From positions 117,244,001-117,308,000 of the forward strand of contig CM059432.1 of the NCBI GenBank assembly GCA_030390025.1: 64,000 nucleotides of DNA. The letters run 5' to 3'. Under the pieces are notes generated by a model. It saw only the letters and a list, made by a program, of their open reading frames with translations, was not told the origin of the DNA and did no database searches. Positions 1 to 11,467 of the stretch are shown here, in pieces (within the stretch, counting starts at the first letter, position 1; each line of letters starts with the position of its first letter). The stretch comes from Squalus acanthias (Eukaryota). The translations under genes were made by a program, and so were the position numbers.

Positions 1-1160
1 TGGAAATCACAGCAGGTCCGGCCGCATCTGTGTAGAGAGAACAAGCCAACGACGACTCGAGTCTGGTTGACTCTACGTCAGGTGGGGTTACATGTAGCGC
101 GACATGAACCCAAGATCCCTGTTGAGTCCGTCCTCATGGGTGTGGAACTTGGCTATCAGTTTCTGCTCGATGATTTTGCGTTGTCGTGTGTCTCGAAGGC
201 CGCCTTGGAGAACGCTTACCCGAAGATCGGAGGCTGAATGTCCTTGACTGCTGAAGAGTTCCCCAACTAGGAGGGAACACTCCTGCCTGGCGATTGTTGC
301 GTGATGTCCGTTCATACGCTGTCGTAGTGTCTGCATGGTCTCGCCGATGTACCATGCTCCGGGGCATCCTTTCCTGCAACGTATGAGGTAGACAACGTTG
401 GCCGAGTCACATGAGTATGTACCATGTACCTGGTGGGTAGTGTCCTCACGTGTGATGATGGAATCTGTGTTGATGATCTGGCATGTCTTGCAGAGGTTGC
501 CGTGGCAGGGTTGTGTGGTGTCGTGGTCGCTGTTCTCCTGAAAGCTGGGTAATTTGCTGCGAACGATGGTACTTCTGAGGTACCTTCGAGACACACGACA
601 ACGCAAAATCATCGAGCAGAAACTGATAGCCAAGTTCCGCACCCATGAGGACGACCTCAACTGGGATCTTGGGTTCATGTCACGCTACATGTAACCCCAC
701 CTGACATAGAGTCATCCAGACTCGAGTCGTCATTGGCTTGTTCTCTCTACACAGATTTCCAGCAAAACAAGTAAAAAGTTTTTTGTTTTCCATACAGACT
801 CCAGCATCTGCCACATTTGACCCCTTGTGACCCCACCTCATTGTCTTTGTTGTATTTTGCTATTGTCTTTGATGTAATATCTTCCTGACTGACCTGTTTG
901 GACACCATCCACACCTGTGATTGCCGTGATTGTCTCTCTGCCGAGGTGTGATAAGGGGCAGTTAGAAAGATTAACTGTAGTCGTCTGGCAGTGTTCTCTG
1001 ACTATATATGCTGTGCCCATATGTATTTCTTCACTTCACCTGACGAAGCAGCAGCGCTCCGAAAGCTTGTGATTTCAAATAAAGCTGTTGGACTATAACC
1101 TGGTGTTGTGCGACTTCTCACTTTTGTCCACCCCAGTCCAACACCGGCATCTCCGCATCA
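1..1160. mobile_element. Penelope-like retroelement (family 1), inverted structure: minus-strand GIY-YIG fragment (~1-582) joined to a plus-strand 3' end/pLTR (~583-1160)
   Basis: Minus ORF encodes GIY-YIG endonuclease motifs (CKTC, VVYLIRC..C...YIGET...LRQRMNGH...GLNRD). ~26-200 is the reverse complement of ~583-756. Same family as 50742-51707. Confidence 0.85.
1036..1072 (+). ncRNA. Minimal type I hammerhead ribozyme motif in Penelope pLTR
   Basis: TCAC-CTGACGA-A-GCAGC(agc)GCTCC-GAAA-GC-TT-GTGA: helix I TCAC/GTGA, CUGANGA and GAAA core, palindromic AAGCTT at helix III; one helix II mismatch. Confidence 0.7.
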
Positions 1161-1162
1161 TT

Positions 1163-2730
1163 CATAGACTACCCATGGGACAGTGTAGATAGTTGGTTCA
1201 GTATCTATGTAGAGTACCCATGGGACAGTGTAGATAGCTGGTTCAGTATCTATGTCGACTACCCATGGGACAGTGTAGATAGCTTGTTCAATATCTATGT
1301 CGACTACCCATGGAACAGTGTAGATAGTTGGTTCAGTATCTATGTAGACTAGCCATGGGACAGTATAGATAGTTGGTTCAGTATCTATGTAGACTACCCA
1401 TGGGGCAGTGTAGATAACTGGTTCAGTATCTATGTAGACTACCCATGGGACAGTGTAGATAGCTCGTTCAATATCTATGTAGACTACCCATGGGACAGTG
1501 TAGGTAGCTTGTTCAGTATCTATGTCGACTACCCATGGAACAGTGTAGATAGCTTGTTCAGTTTCTATGTAGACTACCCATGGGACAGTGTCGATAGCTT
1601 GTTTAGTATCCATGTAGACTACCCATGGGACAGTGTAGGTAGCTGGTACAGTATCTTTTTGGACTACCCATGGGACAGTGTCGATAGCTTGTTTAGTATC
1701 CATGTAGACTACCCATGGGACAGTGTAGGTAGCTGGTACAGTATCTATGTGGACTACCCATGGGACAGTGTAGATAGCTTGTTCAATATCTATGTAGACT
1801 ACCCATGGGACAGTGTAGATAGATTGTTCAGTATCTATGTAGACTACCCATGGTACAGTGTAGATAACTTGTTCAGTATCCGTGTAGACTACCCATGGGA
1901 CTGTGTAGGTAGCTGGTACAGTACCTATGTCGACTACCCATGGGACAGTGTAGATAACTTGTTCAGTATCCGTGTAGACTACCCATGGGACTGTGTAGGT
2001 AGCTGGTACAGTACCTATGTCGACTGCCCATGGGACAGTGTAGGTAGCTTGTTCAGTATCTACGTAGACTACCCATGGGACAGTGTAGATAGCTTGTTCA
2101 GTATCTATGTAGTCTACCCATGGGACAGTATAGCTAGCTGGTTCAATATCTATATAGACTACCCATGGGACAGTGCAGATAGTTGGTTCGGTATCTATGT
2201 AGACTACCCATGTGATAGTGTAGATAATTGGTTCAGTTTCTATGTAGACTACACATGGGACAGTGTAGGTAGCTGGTTCAGTATCTATGTAGACTAACCA
2301 TGGGACAGTTTAGATAGTTGATTCAGTATCTATGTAGACTACCCATGGGACAGTGTAGATAGTTGGTTCAGTATCTATGTAGACTACCCATGGGACAGTG
2401 TAGATAGTTGGTTCAGCAGATATGTAGATTACCCATGGGACAGTGTAGATGGCTGGTTCAGTATCTATGTAGACTACTCATGGGATAGCGTAGATAGCTG
2501 GTTCAGTATCTATGTAGACTACTCATGGGATAGTGTAGATAGTTGGTTCAGTATCTATGTAGGCTACCCATGGGACAGTGTAGATGGCTGGTTCAGTATC
2601 TATGTAGACTACCCATGGGACAGTGTAGATGGCTGGTTCAGTATCTATGTAGACTACCCATGGGACAGTGCAGATAGCTGGTTCAGTGTCTAAGTAGACC
2701 ACCAGTGGGACAGTGTAGATAGTTGGTTCA
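1163..2730. repeat. 45-bp minisatellite, array 1 (~35 units)
   Basis: Unit ACCCATGGGACAGTGTAGATAGYTGGTTCAGTATCTATGTAGACT recurs at 1171, 1216, 1261 and onward. Confidence 0.97.
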
Positions 2731-3214
2731 TATAAAATAAAACCATTTGTAGCGAAAAGAGAAAAATTTAATTCTTTGTTCACATGAATTTGGCTAGCAA
2801 AAACTTCTAATATTTATCACAGATAAAATTATCCTACCTGCCTTCCACTCATAGCCCCTACCCCCAGGAAGCATAATGGTCCCGTTAATGGAACTGTTGC
2901 TCTCATGTGTGCAAACCGAGGGAACCGAATTGTAAAAGCGCACAATGTACAGATACAAAATAACTAAATCCATCAATTGATTGATAACCACGTTACAAAG
3001 AGGCAGACCTGAGGCGGGAGTCTAAAGAACACAGATAGACTTAAAAGCCCAATTAGAATTAGCAGTTCCAGCAGTAATACTAGTGGTGGGGAAGGCTCAG
3101 ATTAACTGTGAATGGAAGCTACTGATTGCAGAGGGAATAGACTGTGCATTATATATGTGTTGACACAGAAGAAAAAATATAGAATTCAACCATTAGTGCT
3201 GTGATTTTTTAAAA

Positions 3215-4731
3215 TATTAATTCATGGGATGTGGGCGTCGCTGGCAAAGCCAGCATTTATTGTCCATCCGTAGTTGCCCTTGAGAAGGTGGCGGTGAGCC
3301 GCCTTCTTGAACCGCTGCAGTGCGTGTGGTGAAGGAACTCCCACAGTGCTGTTAGGGAGGGAGTTCCAAGATTTTGACCCAGCGACGATGAAGGCTCGGC
3401 GATATACTTCCAAGTCAGGATGGTGTGTGACTTGGAGGGGAACTTGGAGGTGATGGTGTTCCCATGCGCCTGCTGCCGTCGTCCTTCTAGGTGGTAAAGG
3501 TCCCGGGTTTGGGAGGGGCTGTCGAAGAAGCCTTGACGAGTTGCTGCAGTGCATCTTGTAGATGGTTCACACTGCAGCCACGGTACGCCGGTTGTGGAGG
3601 GAGTGAATGATTAAGGTGGTGGATGGGGTGCCAACCAAGTGGGCTGCTTTGTCTTGGATGGTGTCGAGCTTCTTGAGTGTTGTTGGAGCTGCACTTATCC
3701 AGGCAAGTGGAGAGTATTCCATTACACTCCTGACTTGTGACTTGTGCCTTGTGGATGGTGGAAAGGTTTTGGGGAGTCAGGAGGTGAGACACGCGCTACA
3801 GAATACCCAGCATTTGACCTGCTCTTTTTGCCACAGTATTTATGTGGCTGGTCCAGTTAAGTTTCTGGTCAATGGTGACCCCCAGGATATTGATGGTGGG
3901 GGATTCGGCATTGGTAATGCCATTGAATGTCAAGAGGCGGTGGTTAGATTCTCGCTTGTTGGAGATAGTGATTGCCTGGCACTTGTGTGGCATGAATGTT
4001 ACCTGCCACTTATCAGCCCAAGCCTGAATGTCGTCCAGGTCTTGCTGCATGTGGGCATGGACTGATTCATTTTCTGAGGAGTTGCGAATGGCAGTCATCA
4101 GCGAACATCCCCACTTCTGACCTTATGATGGAGGGAAGGTCATTGATGAAGAAGCTGAAGATGATTGGGCCTAGGACACTGCTCTGAGGAACTCCTGCAG
4201 CAATGTCCTGGGGCTATGATGATTGACCTCCAACCACCACAACCATCTACCTTTGTGCTAGGTATGACTCCAGCCAGTGGAGAGTTTTCCCCCCGATTCC
4301 CATTGACTTCAGTTTTACTAGGGCTCCTTGATATCACACTCGGTCGTATGCTGCCTTGATGTCAAGGGCAGTCACTCGCACCTCACCTCTGCAATTCAGC
4401 TCTTTTGTCCGTGATTGGACCCAGGTTGTAATGAGGTCTGGAGCTGAGTGGTCCCAGTGGAGCCCCAACTGGGCATCAGTGAGCAGGTTATTGGTGATTA
4501 AGTGCTGCTTAATTGCACTGTCGAAGACACCTTCCATAACTTTGTTGATGATTGAGAGTAGACTGATGGAGCGGAAATTGGCCGGGTTGGATTTGTCCTG
4601 CTTTCTGTGGACAGGACATACCTGGGCAGTTTTCCACATTGTCGGATAGATGCCAGTGTTATAGCTGTACTGGAACAGCTTGGCTAGAGGTGTGACTAGT
4701 TCTGGAGCACAAGTCTTCAGCATGACAGCCT
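3215..4731 (-). mobile_element. 5'-truncated non-LTR retrotransposon (CR1/L2-group), decayed RT
   Basis: Frameshifted RT fragments (NFRSISLLS, LDIKAAYDRV, WADKWQVTF, ILGVTID); same family and 3' end as 19178-21680. Confidence 0.85.
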
Positions 4732-4732
4732 T

Positions 4733-5500
4733 CACGACACCTGTGGGACAGTGTAGAAAGCTTCTTCAGCATATGTGCAGACGACCCATGGGATAGTGTA
4801 GATAGCTGGTTCAGTATCTATGTTGACCACCTGTGGGACTGTATAGATAGTTGGTTCAGTATCTATGTCGACCACCTGTGGGACTGTGTAGATAGTTGGT
4901 TCAGTATCTATGTAGACCATCTATGGAACAGTGTGGATAGCTAGTTCAGTAGCTATGTAGACCACCCGTGGGACAGTGTGGATAACTGGTTCAGTATCTA
5001 TGTAGACCATCTATGGAACAGTGTGGATAGCTAGTTCAGTAGCTATGTAGACCACCCATGGGACAGTGTAGATAACTGGTTCATTATCTATGTAGACCAT
5101 CTATGGAACAGTGTGGATAGCTGGTTCAGTAGCTATGTAGACCACCCGTGGGACAGTGTGGATAACTGGTTCAGTATCTATGTAGACCATCTATGGAACA
5201 GTGTGGATAGCTAGTTCAGTAGCTATGTAGACCACCCATGGGACAGTGTAGATAACTGGTTCATTATCTATGTAGACCATCTATGGAACAGTGTGGATAG
5301 CTGGTTCAGTAGCTATGTAGACCACCCGTGGGACAGTGTGGATAACTGGTTCAGTATCTATGTAGACATCAGTGGGACAGTGTAGGTAGCTTCTTCATAA
5401 TTTATGTAGACCACCCGTGGGACAGTGTAGAAAGCTGGCTCAGTATTTATGTAGACCACCGGTGGGACAGTGTAGATAGCTTCTTCAGCAATGATGTAGA
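4733..5500. repeat. 45-bp minisatellite, array 2 (~17 units) with 180-bp higher-order repeat
   Basis: Variant of the array 1 unit; near-identical 60-nt lines at 4921, 5101 and 5281. Confidence 0.95.
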
Positions 5501-5564
5501 AAGGGTTTGTTTTGTTGCAACTAATCACTTAAAGCAATCACTTTCTGTCACAAAACCTTTTACC

Positions 5565-6319
5565 GGCCTGGATTTTGTGGTCAGCGCTGAAGGAATGACG
5601 CTTATCGTTCACCTCACTGACAGCTGCCTACAATGTTTTTCGGGCTTTAGAGCAGAGATTTGCTGTCATCGGGCATCTGATCCAACACGTGCCCTCCACA
5701 GGGGATGTGTGGAGTCTGTGAGTGGGATAAGTAACAGTGAGGCTCTTCAACCAATCAGATTGAAGAATCCTCACTGGGCCATGCAGAGTCTAAACCAGAA
5801 AGTATAAAGCAGGAAGTATAAATTAGATTTAAATCATATACAGAAAGAAAAATAAAGATTGAGAAAGACAAATGGTATTAAGAGAGAGAGATAAAAGAGA
5901 CAGAAAATGTAAAAAAAATGTTTTAAAAATCTCCAACACTAATTAACTTCTGAAGGAATGAGACTCCACACTTGTAAAATTAAATTTTCAGGGCCAGAGA
6001 GGTTGTTTGGCAGTAATTATCACTTATCATGCTGTTAAAAATTTACTTTCTCCTGAATGCACCAGCCTAATTTTTTTTGCCATCTTTAGTAGGGAACTAG
6101 TGGCCAAGTACCCCAAGTTCACGCCATTGTATTGATTTCAATGCCAAGTCTATCAGTGAGGACTGTTATCGTGCAGCCTGTGGAGGAGCAGGGTATCTCT
6201 GACAGCAACTTCTGGATTTCCCCGTTTAACTGCACATGTGCATACACTAGAATTTGCTCTCCAATTTACCCCATAATAACTGTTAGCCTCACCATTATTC
6301 TTAACGCAAAATCTAGGCC
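5565..6319. mobile_element. Non-autonomous Harbinger-like MITE
   Basis: TIRs GGCCTGGATTTT / AAAATCTAGGCC; flanks ACC/ATC (imperfect 3-bp TSD). Confidence 0.55.
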
Positions 6320-6424
6320 ATCATAATTAGAAGGAAAGAAGTGTTCTGCTCACTTTATGTAGAGTGAGTTACCAATGCATTTATGAAGATTTTCAGCAGA
6401 ATTGAAACCATATTGTATGAGATG

Positions 6425-6853
6425 CCAGCCTTGGCCCAGTAGCAGCATTCTTGCTTCTGAGATGGATGGTTATAGGTTGAAGCCCCACTCCAGAGACTTG
6501 AGTACATAATCTAGGCTGACAGTTTAGTATAGTACTGAGGGAGTGCTGCACTGTCAGAGGTGCTGTCTTTCAGATGAGACAATAAACCATGGCCCTGTCA
6601 CCTTGCTTAGTTGGATGTAAACGATCCAATGGCACTGTGCAAAGAAGAGCAGGGAGCTTGCCCAGTCTCCTATCTAACACGTATCCCTCAGCCAGCACCA
6701 CTTAAACAGATATTTTTTGGTAATTTATCTCATTGCTCTGTGCAAATTGGTTGCAATAGTGACTATACGTCAAATGTACTTCATTGGCTGTGAAGAGCTT
6801 TGGGACGTCCTGAGGATATGAAAGACACCGTATAAATGCAAATTATTTCTTCC
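6425..6853 (+). mobile_element. tRNA-derived SINE, Deu-domain (SacSINE1/AmnSINE-like) type
   Basis: Degenerate tRNA-like head, central CTGAGGGAGTGCTGCACTGTCAGAGGTGCTGTCTTTCAGATGAGAC block, and tail ending TATAAATGCAA; recognised from memory of the family. Confidence 0.65.
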
Positions 6854-7150
6854 TATAACAACCCATTGATGATTTCACTGGAAATATCCATCTGAGGAAA
6901 TCTTCGTGGATGCACTTATTACTGCACATAGCAACCAAACCAATTCTGTGTTGCTTTATGTAAAGCATCTAAACTCGATTGTCACACAATGACTAGTAGG
7001 ATCAATTGCAATGATTTCATTAATATGTGGTGTGAAGGTCAGTGTAGCAATTAAATGTCTAGTAAAATATAGTGAAATGCTGATTTATTTATTAAATTAA
7101 CTGACTGCTTTCATGGTTTATTCATTAAGGAACATATAACTAGACAATTA

Positions 7151-7244
7151 GGGGGAAAAATTGGGTTCCTTTGTGCCTCCCTCTTAAAAGTAGTGCGCCA
7201 GCGAAGTTAGCGCCCCAAAGGGGGTGCCACCGAATTTTTCCCCC
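7151..7244. mobile_element. 94-bp PIF/Harbinger MITE
   Basis: Perfect 12-bp TIRs GGGGGAAAAATT/AATTTTTCCCCC and canonical TTA TSD (7148-50, 7245-47). Confidence 0.85.
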
Positions 7245-8310
7245 TTAGTTTATAGACAATTTACTGTTTGATAGATCTCAATCATTATGCTTCAATTCTT
7301 TATTGCAGAGATTGCGGGGATGATTTTCAATTGCTGATTGCCTGTTTCTCGATTGAAGAATGAGCAGCCAACAATTGAAAATTGGGAGTGGGGTGGGGGA
7401 CACTTTCGTCACCTGTTTAATGCCTATGGCCCAACTAATACAATTTTCAGGCATCCATGTAAATGGGTAAAGCAGACCGCTCACCTGAAACAGGTGTCTT
7501 GAATTTTGGGCCTCTTGGTTCGGGTACCTGCTGCTTCCGCAGCGCCAAGTTTGGTCCCGAAAATGGGCCCAGGCAAAACTTGTCCCCTTTCAGCTTTCAG
7601 TAAAATCTGGCTGACCTAGGTTCATCTCTTTTTCTGGTAGCTCCTCCATGATGCCACATCCCAGAGAGAACTGCGTGAAAATTCTGACAGCTGCATTGTA
7701 GAAAATAAAAATGGAGTCTTTGTATTAAATCCCAAAGAATGTCAGGTTGGCTGAATTTTAATCTTCAAGAGCGCGTGGGTTTGTGCACAGCTGGGTGGCG
7801 GGGGGGGGGGGGGTAAAACCGGGGAAATTGACAGCGTGTCGGGAAGCTGGCTCCAACCCACCGACTTCTGCATTTCACTGGATCGCGTTAGGCTGCGTGC
7901 GAGCAACCCTCTCGGGAGAGGCGGGTTACCAATTAACATATGTTAATCGCTCAATTAGAGCAATGTTGGCACACTCTTTTGACTTTAACGTCGGGTCCAT
8001 GGGTTTTCCATACTTCCTGAAACTCGTCAGTGAAAGGAAGGCGAGAACACAGCGGCAATTAAAGGGGCTGAATCAATCTCAGGGAAATATGGCAATAAAT
8101 ACTCAGTACCCACAGCTGCTTTCTTACCTGCTTGTGGGAAAGGGTTTGTTCACAATACTTTTGCTGAGAGGTTACTTTCTACACTTTGGAGGTTTGTTCT
8201 ATAACATCAGGATGGGTGCCGCTTATGCTGCCTGAGATTGGACCTCAGATGAGGACCAAGATGACCAGCATCAGCATCTGCAGCCTGCTTGTCACAGACC
8301 TGTCGCTGCA

Positions 8311-8516
8311 CAGCAGTGAGGGGACCAGCAGAGAGGGGACCAGCAGAGAGGGGACCAGCAGAGAGGGGACCAGCAGAAAGAGGACCGGCAGAGAGGGGAC
8401 CAGCAGAGAGGGGACCAGCAGAAAGAGGACCGGCAGAAAGGGGATCAGCAGAGAGGGGACCAGCAGAAAGAGGACCGGCAGAAAGGGGATCAGCAGAGAG
8501 GGGACCAGCAGAGAGG
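8311..8516. repeat. 15-bp tandem repeat (CAGCAGAGAGGGGAC)n, ~13-14 units
   Basis: Directly visible; translates as GPAER, EGTSR or AGPLS repeats depending on frame. Confidence 0.95.
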
Positions 8517-8734
8517 CTAGTCTTCCTACACCCCCCGCCCACAATGCCAATGACACAAGCAGTCCTGCAACTAACCACATCTTCAACATTCCCCCATTGG
8601 TCCCCATCAATTCATGTCTATCCATTCATCATCAAACAAGTTAGAAGGCCACTTACCATCCAGCACCCAACAATGGACAAGATGGGAAAGTGGTGAAAAA
8701 GAATAACGTTTATGTGAGATAAATAAAGAACAAA

Positions 8735-9494
8735 GGGGGAGAAATTCATTATAGCCTCGTTTGAGGCGCTAACTATTAAAAGTTGAAAAAATTAGCCCCA
8801 GGCGCTAATGTCTTTCGACTTTCAAAAAATTCGGTTTTGTGCTCCAGGAAGGAAGTGGAGCACTAAATCAAGCACTCCACTTCCTTCCTGGAGCACAACA
8901 GGCAGCAAGCGGGGCGGTAGGTGTGCTGCTCAGCACACTGGGCCGTGCAGCGCTGCCGCATTGGAAGGCTTCTTCCCTGCCTTAAAGGGAAGGGCCAACG
9001 CTGCAGGCTCTGCAAGGAAAAACCTTACCTGGTCCCCGACGGCAGCCGCGATCCGGCCCGATCAGCCCGATGCACTGCAGCAGAGTGCCGGGCTGATCGA
9101 TGGCTGGAGAAGAAAACTGAAAAAAACCCAGAAACAGCATTTCAGATTTTTTGTGACTTACCTCTGCCACCTCGCCTTTAAGTATCACCCCCAAAGTGCC
9201 CGGCCTCCTGAGGAACGCCTCCTGCAGCTGACGGTGTTTTCGCCCGGCGATGCTGCTGGGTGAGGAACTGAAGTTCGGGTCCGGGGCGCTACCGGGGCGA
9301 TGTGCACGGCGATGACGTCACGATCTCCGGGCGAAGGAGATTGGGGCGCAACGCCATACCGCCGCTGCAAACATCCCGCCGAATATCGCGGGAGTCGATC
9401 TTCTCGCCGCGTCCGGTCGGTAAGTGATTACCGCCCCGTTATCGCCCCCCGGAGGTGCTAACGGGAGGTGCAAAGGTACCCAATTTCTCCCCCC
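8735..9494. mobile_element. GC-rich Harbinger MITE
   Basis: TIRs GGGGGAGAAATT/AATTTCTCCCCC, AAA on both flanks; right part similar to 26167-26939. Confidence 0.75.
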
Positions 9495-11467
9495 AAAACT
9501 TATCAAAACCACATTTTCTCATACACCCATGTGCATACCCTTGTGCAACTACAGAGCCTGACTATTTGTTTTCCTGCAACTATTACGTGGTGCAACCCCT
9601 GTGGCTTCAGCAGAGGTAGAGGCAGGCTGCTCACATTCTGCTCTGACTGCTGAGATGCTCGTGGCCAACAACCTCTGGGTTTTGGAGCCCGTGAGGGCCT
9701 TGGCAAAGACTGCTCCACCTGCCCCTGTGCAGGGGCAGACTGACAGGTGGGCTGTGGGTAACATTTGGAAGCGCTTTGAATGGAGTCCCACTTCCATGAC
9801 CCCTTTCGCCATCATCCCTCTCTTGCCCCAGCAGCACTTTACTGCTGCCACTGTGCTGGAGAACACTTTGGTGCAGGTCAGTGTGGTCCTGTAAGGCCAA
9901 GGCTAAGGTATCTGTCAACCTATTTAAGGTGGCAGACATGTTGGCATCCAGAGTCTGCACGGTGGTGTTGAAGGTATGCATGGATTCATTTGATTGGAAA
10001 AATGATGGTCCATGATGCTGGCCATTCTATCCATGGAAGAAGACATCATCTCAGTAGCCCGTGACATCACCCCCTCATGTTTGAGGTGGACTCCTCCAAT
10101 CTCTCTGCAATCGTGCTGAGTCCACTTTTAAGGCTTGTCAATACATCGCACAATCTCTGCTGCTACTCAATGATTCTCCTCTTCATCGACGGCCCCCGAG
10201 GTACAGCATCTGTGTCCAGCCCAGCAGAGCTTGGAGAGTCCTGCACCCTCTGTCGAGGACTCTCCACTGCTGTCCCTGTCTCCACCATCTGCTCCTGCTC
10301 ACTTGTGAAATGTGAGTCACCAGGTGAAAACCCAACTCTCTGTCCTCCTGGTCCCATCAAAGTGTGAGTATCTGAGCTGGTGCAGGGTCAGAATGAGTCC
10401 TGTGACGGTGCACCCTCAGAAGGACTCAGCTCCTCTGAGGAATCATCGTCAGCGACGTCCACCGACTCCTGCTGCAAGCGTGAAGGCCTCATGGGAGATA
10501 AAAGACATGAATTAGTCCCGGCAAGGTAAGAATATGTTACAAGTTATCATTATGAAGATGATCATATTTCACTTGCTGTTGAAATCAAGTCAACATAACT
10601 GAGAACTGTTTGACATGTGGGTGGATTTTCTCTCCCTCTCCCTCTCCATTTCCCTGGTGTTCTGTGGTCTCTTTTCCTGCAATGAGGGAAAGAACAGACC
10701 TATGAATGAGTGTAATGGCATGTGTTCATCTGATGAATGGAGAGCATGTGGTGAGGGTGACTATGAGGGAGCGGCATGACATTGCACAATGATGAGAGTG
10801 GTGGATGGATAGATGGGGATGTGAGGAAGTGCATAGACAGAGAGGGATGGGTGCACCTGCAAGGTAAGTGGGTGTGAGGAGTGATGTGATGGAGTAGGCT
10901 TCAGAAGGCAGAGTGAGGGTGTTGGGGTGATGCGTACAGCAGGATGTAGGTGAATGCGCCACTGTGCTCACCTTTCCTGACCTGCTGAGGTCATTAAACC
11001 GCTTTCTGCACTGAATCCAGTAGCGTGGCACCACGCTCATGCTGCTGATCTCCTCCGCAACCTCCAACAACGCCTTATTGGTCTCAGCTGCAGGCTTCCC
11101 ATTGCTGGGGACGAGTATCTCCCTCTGTCTCCCCACAGCCCCCAGCAGCACATCAAGGGACGCATGAGTGAAATGAGGCCCAGCCTTTGCCCATCTGGAT
11201 TCCATTCTGATACTGCTTCTCTTTTCTTCTCAACTCCAAACTCCTTGAACTTGCATGTTTGGAGTGTCCCTTTAAATAATAGAATTGAGATCGCGTCATG
11301 CGGGTTCACATCATGCCCGCTGCCGCTGATTGAATGGGAAACCCGGAAGTATAATGATAATGAGGTGGCTGAGATAAAAAGCCACCGACAGACACGCTGC
11401 ACTTACTTCTGGGTTCCCCACATGCTAGCGGACAAACCCGCTCCCAGCGCATTGCCAGAAAGTCTAT

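Larger units (their letters stand above)
7748..11464 (-). mobile_element. Decayed Harbinger-like element with minus-strand Myb/SANT gene remnant
   Basis: ORF 10726-11205 reads PHFTHASLDVLLGAV...WIQCRKRFNDL (Myb/SANT-like) followed by a GTGAGC donor; downstream exon remnants at 9631-10500; GGCTGAATTTT-type end near 7748. Boundaries approximate. Confidence 0.6.

Noticed and set aside
88..678. 196-aa ORF as an intact endonuclease gene
   Set aside because: Its N-terminus is antisense sequence read across the inversion junction.
1163..5500. CRISPR-like array
   Set aside because: Units are contiguous with no unique spacers, there are no cas genes, and the context is vertebrate.
7317..7588. Additional Harbinger MITE (GGGGATGATTTT...AAAACTTGTCCCC)
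   Set aside because: TIRs are imperfect and there is no TSD; plausible but not supportable.
8186..8696. Collagen-like or repeat-protein ORFs
   Set aside because: Produced by a stop-free 15-bp tandem repeat that is open in several frames inside a decayed transposon.
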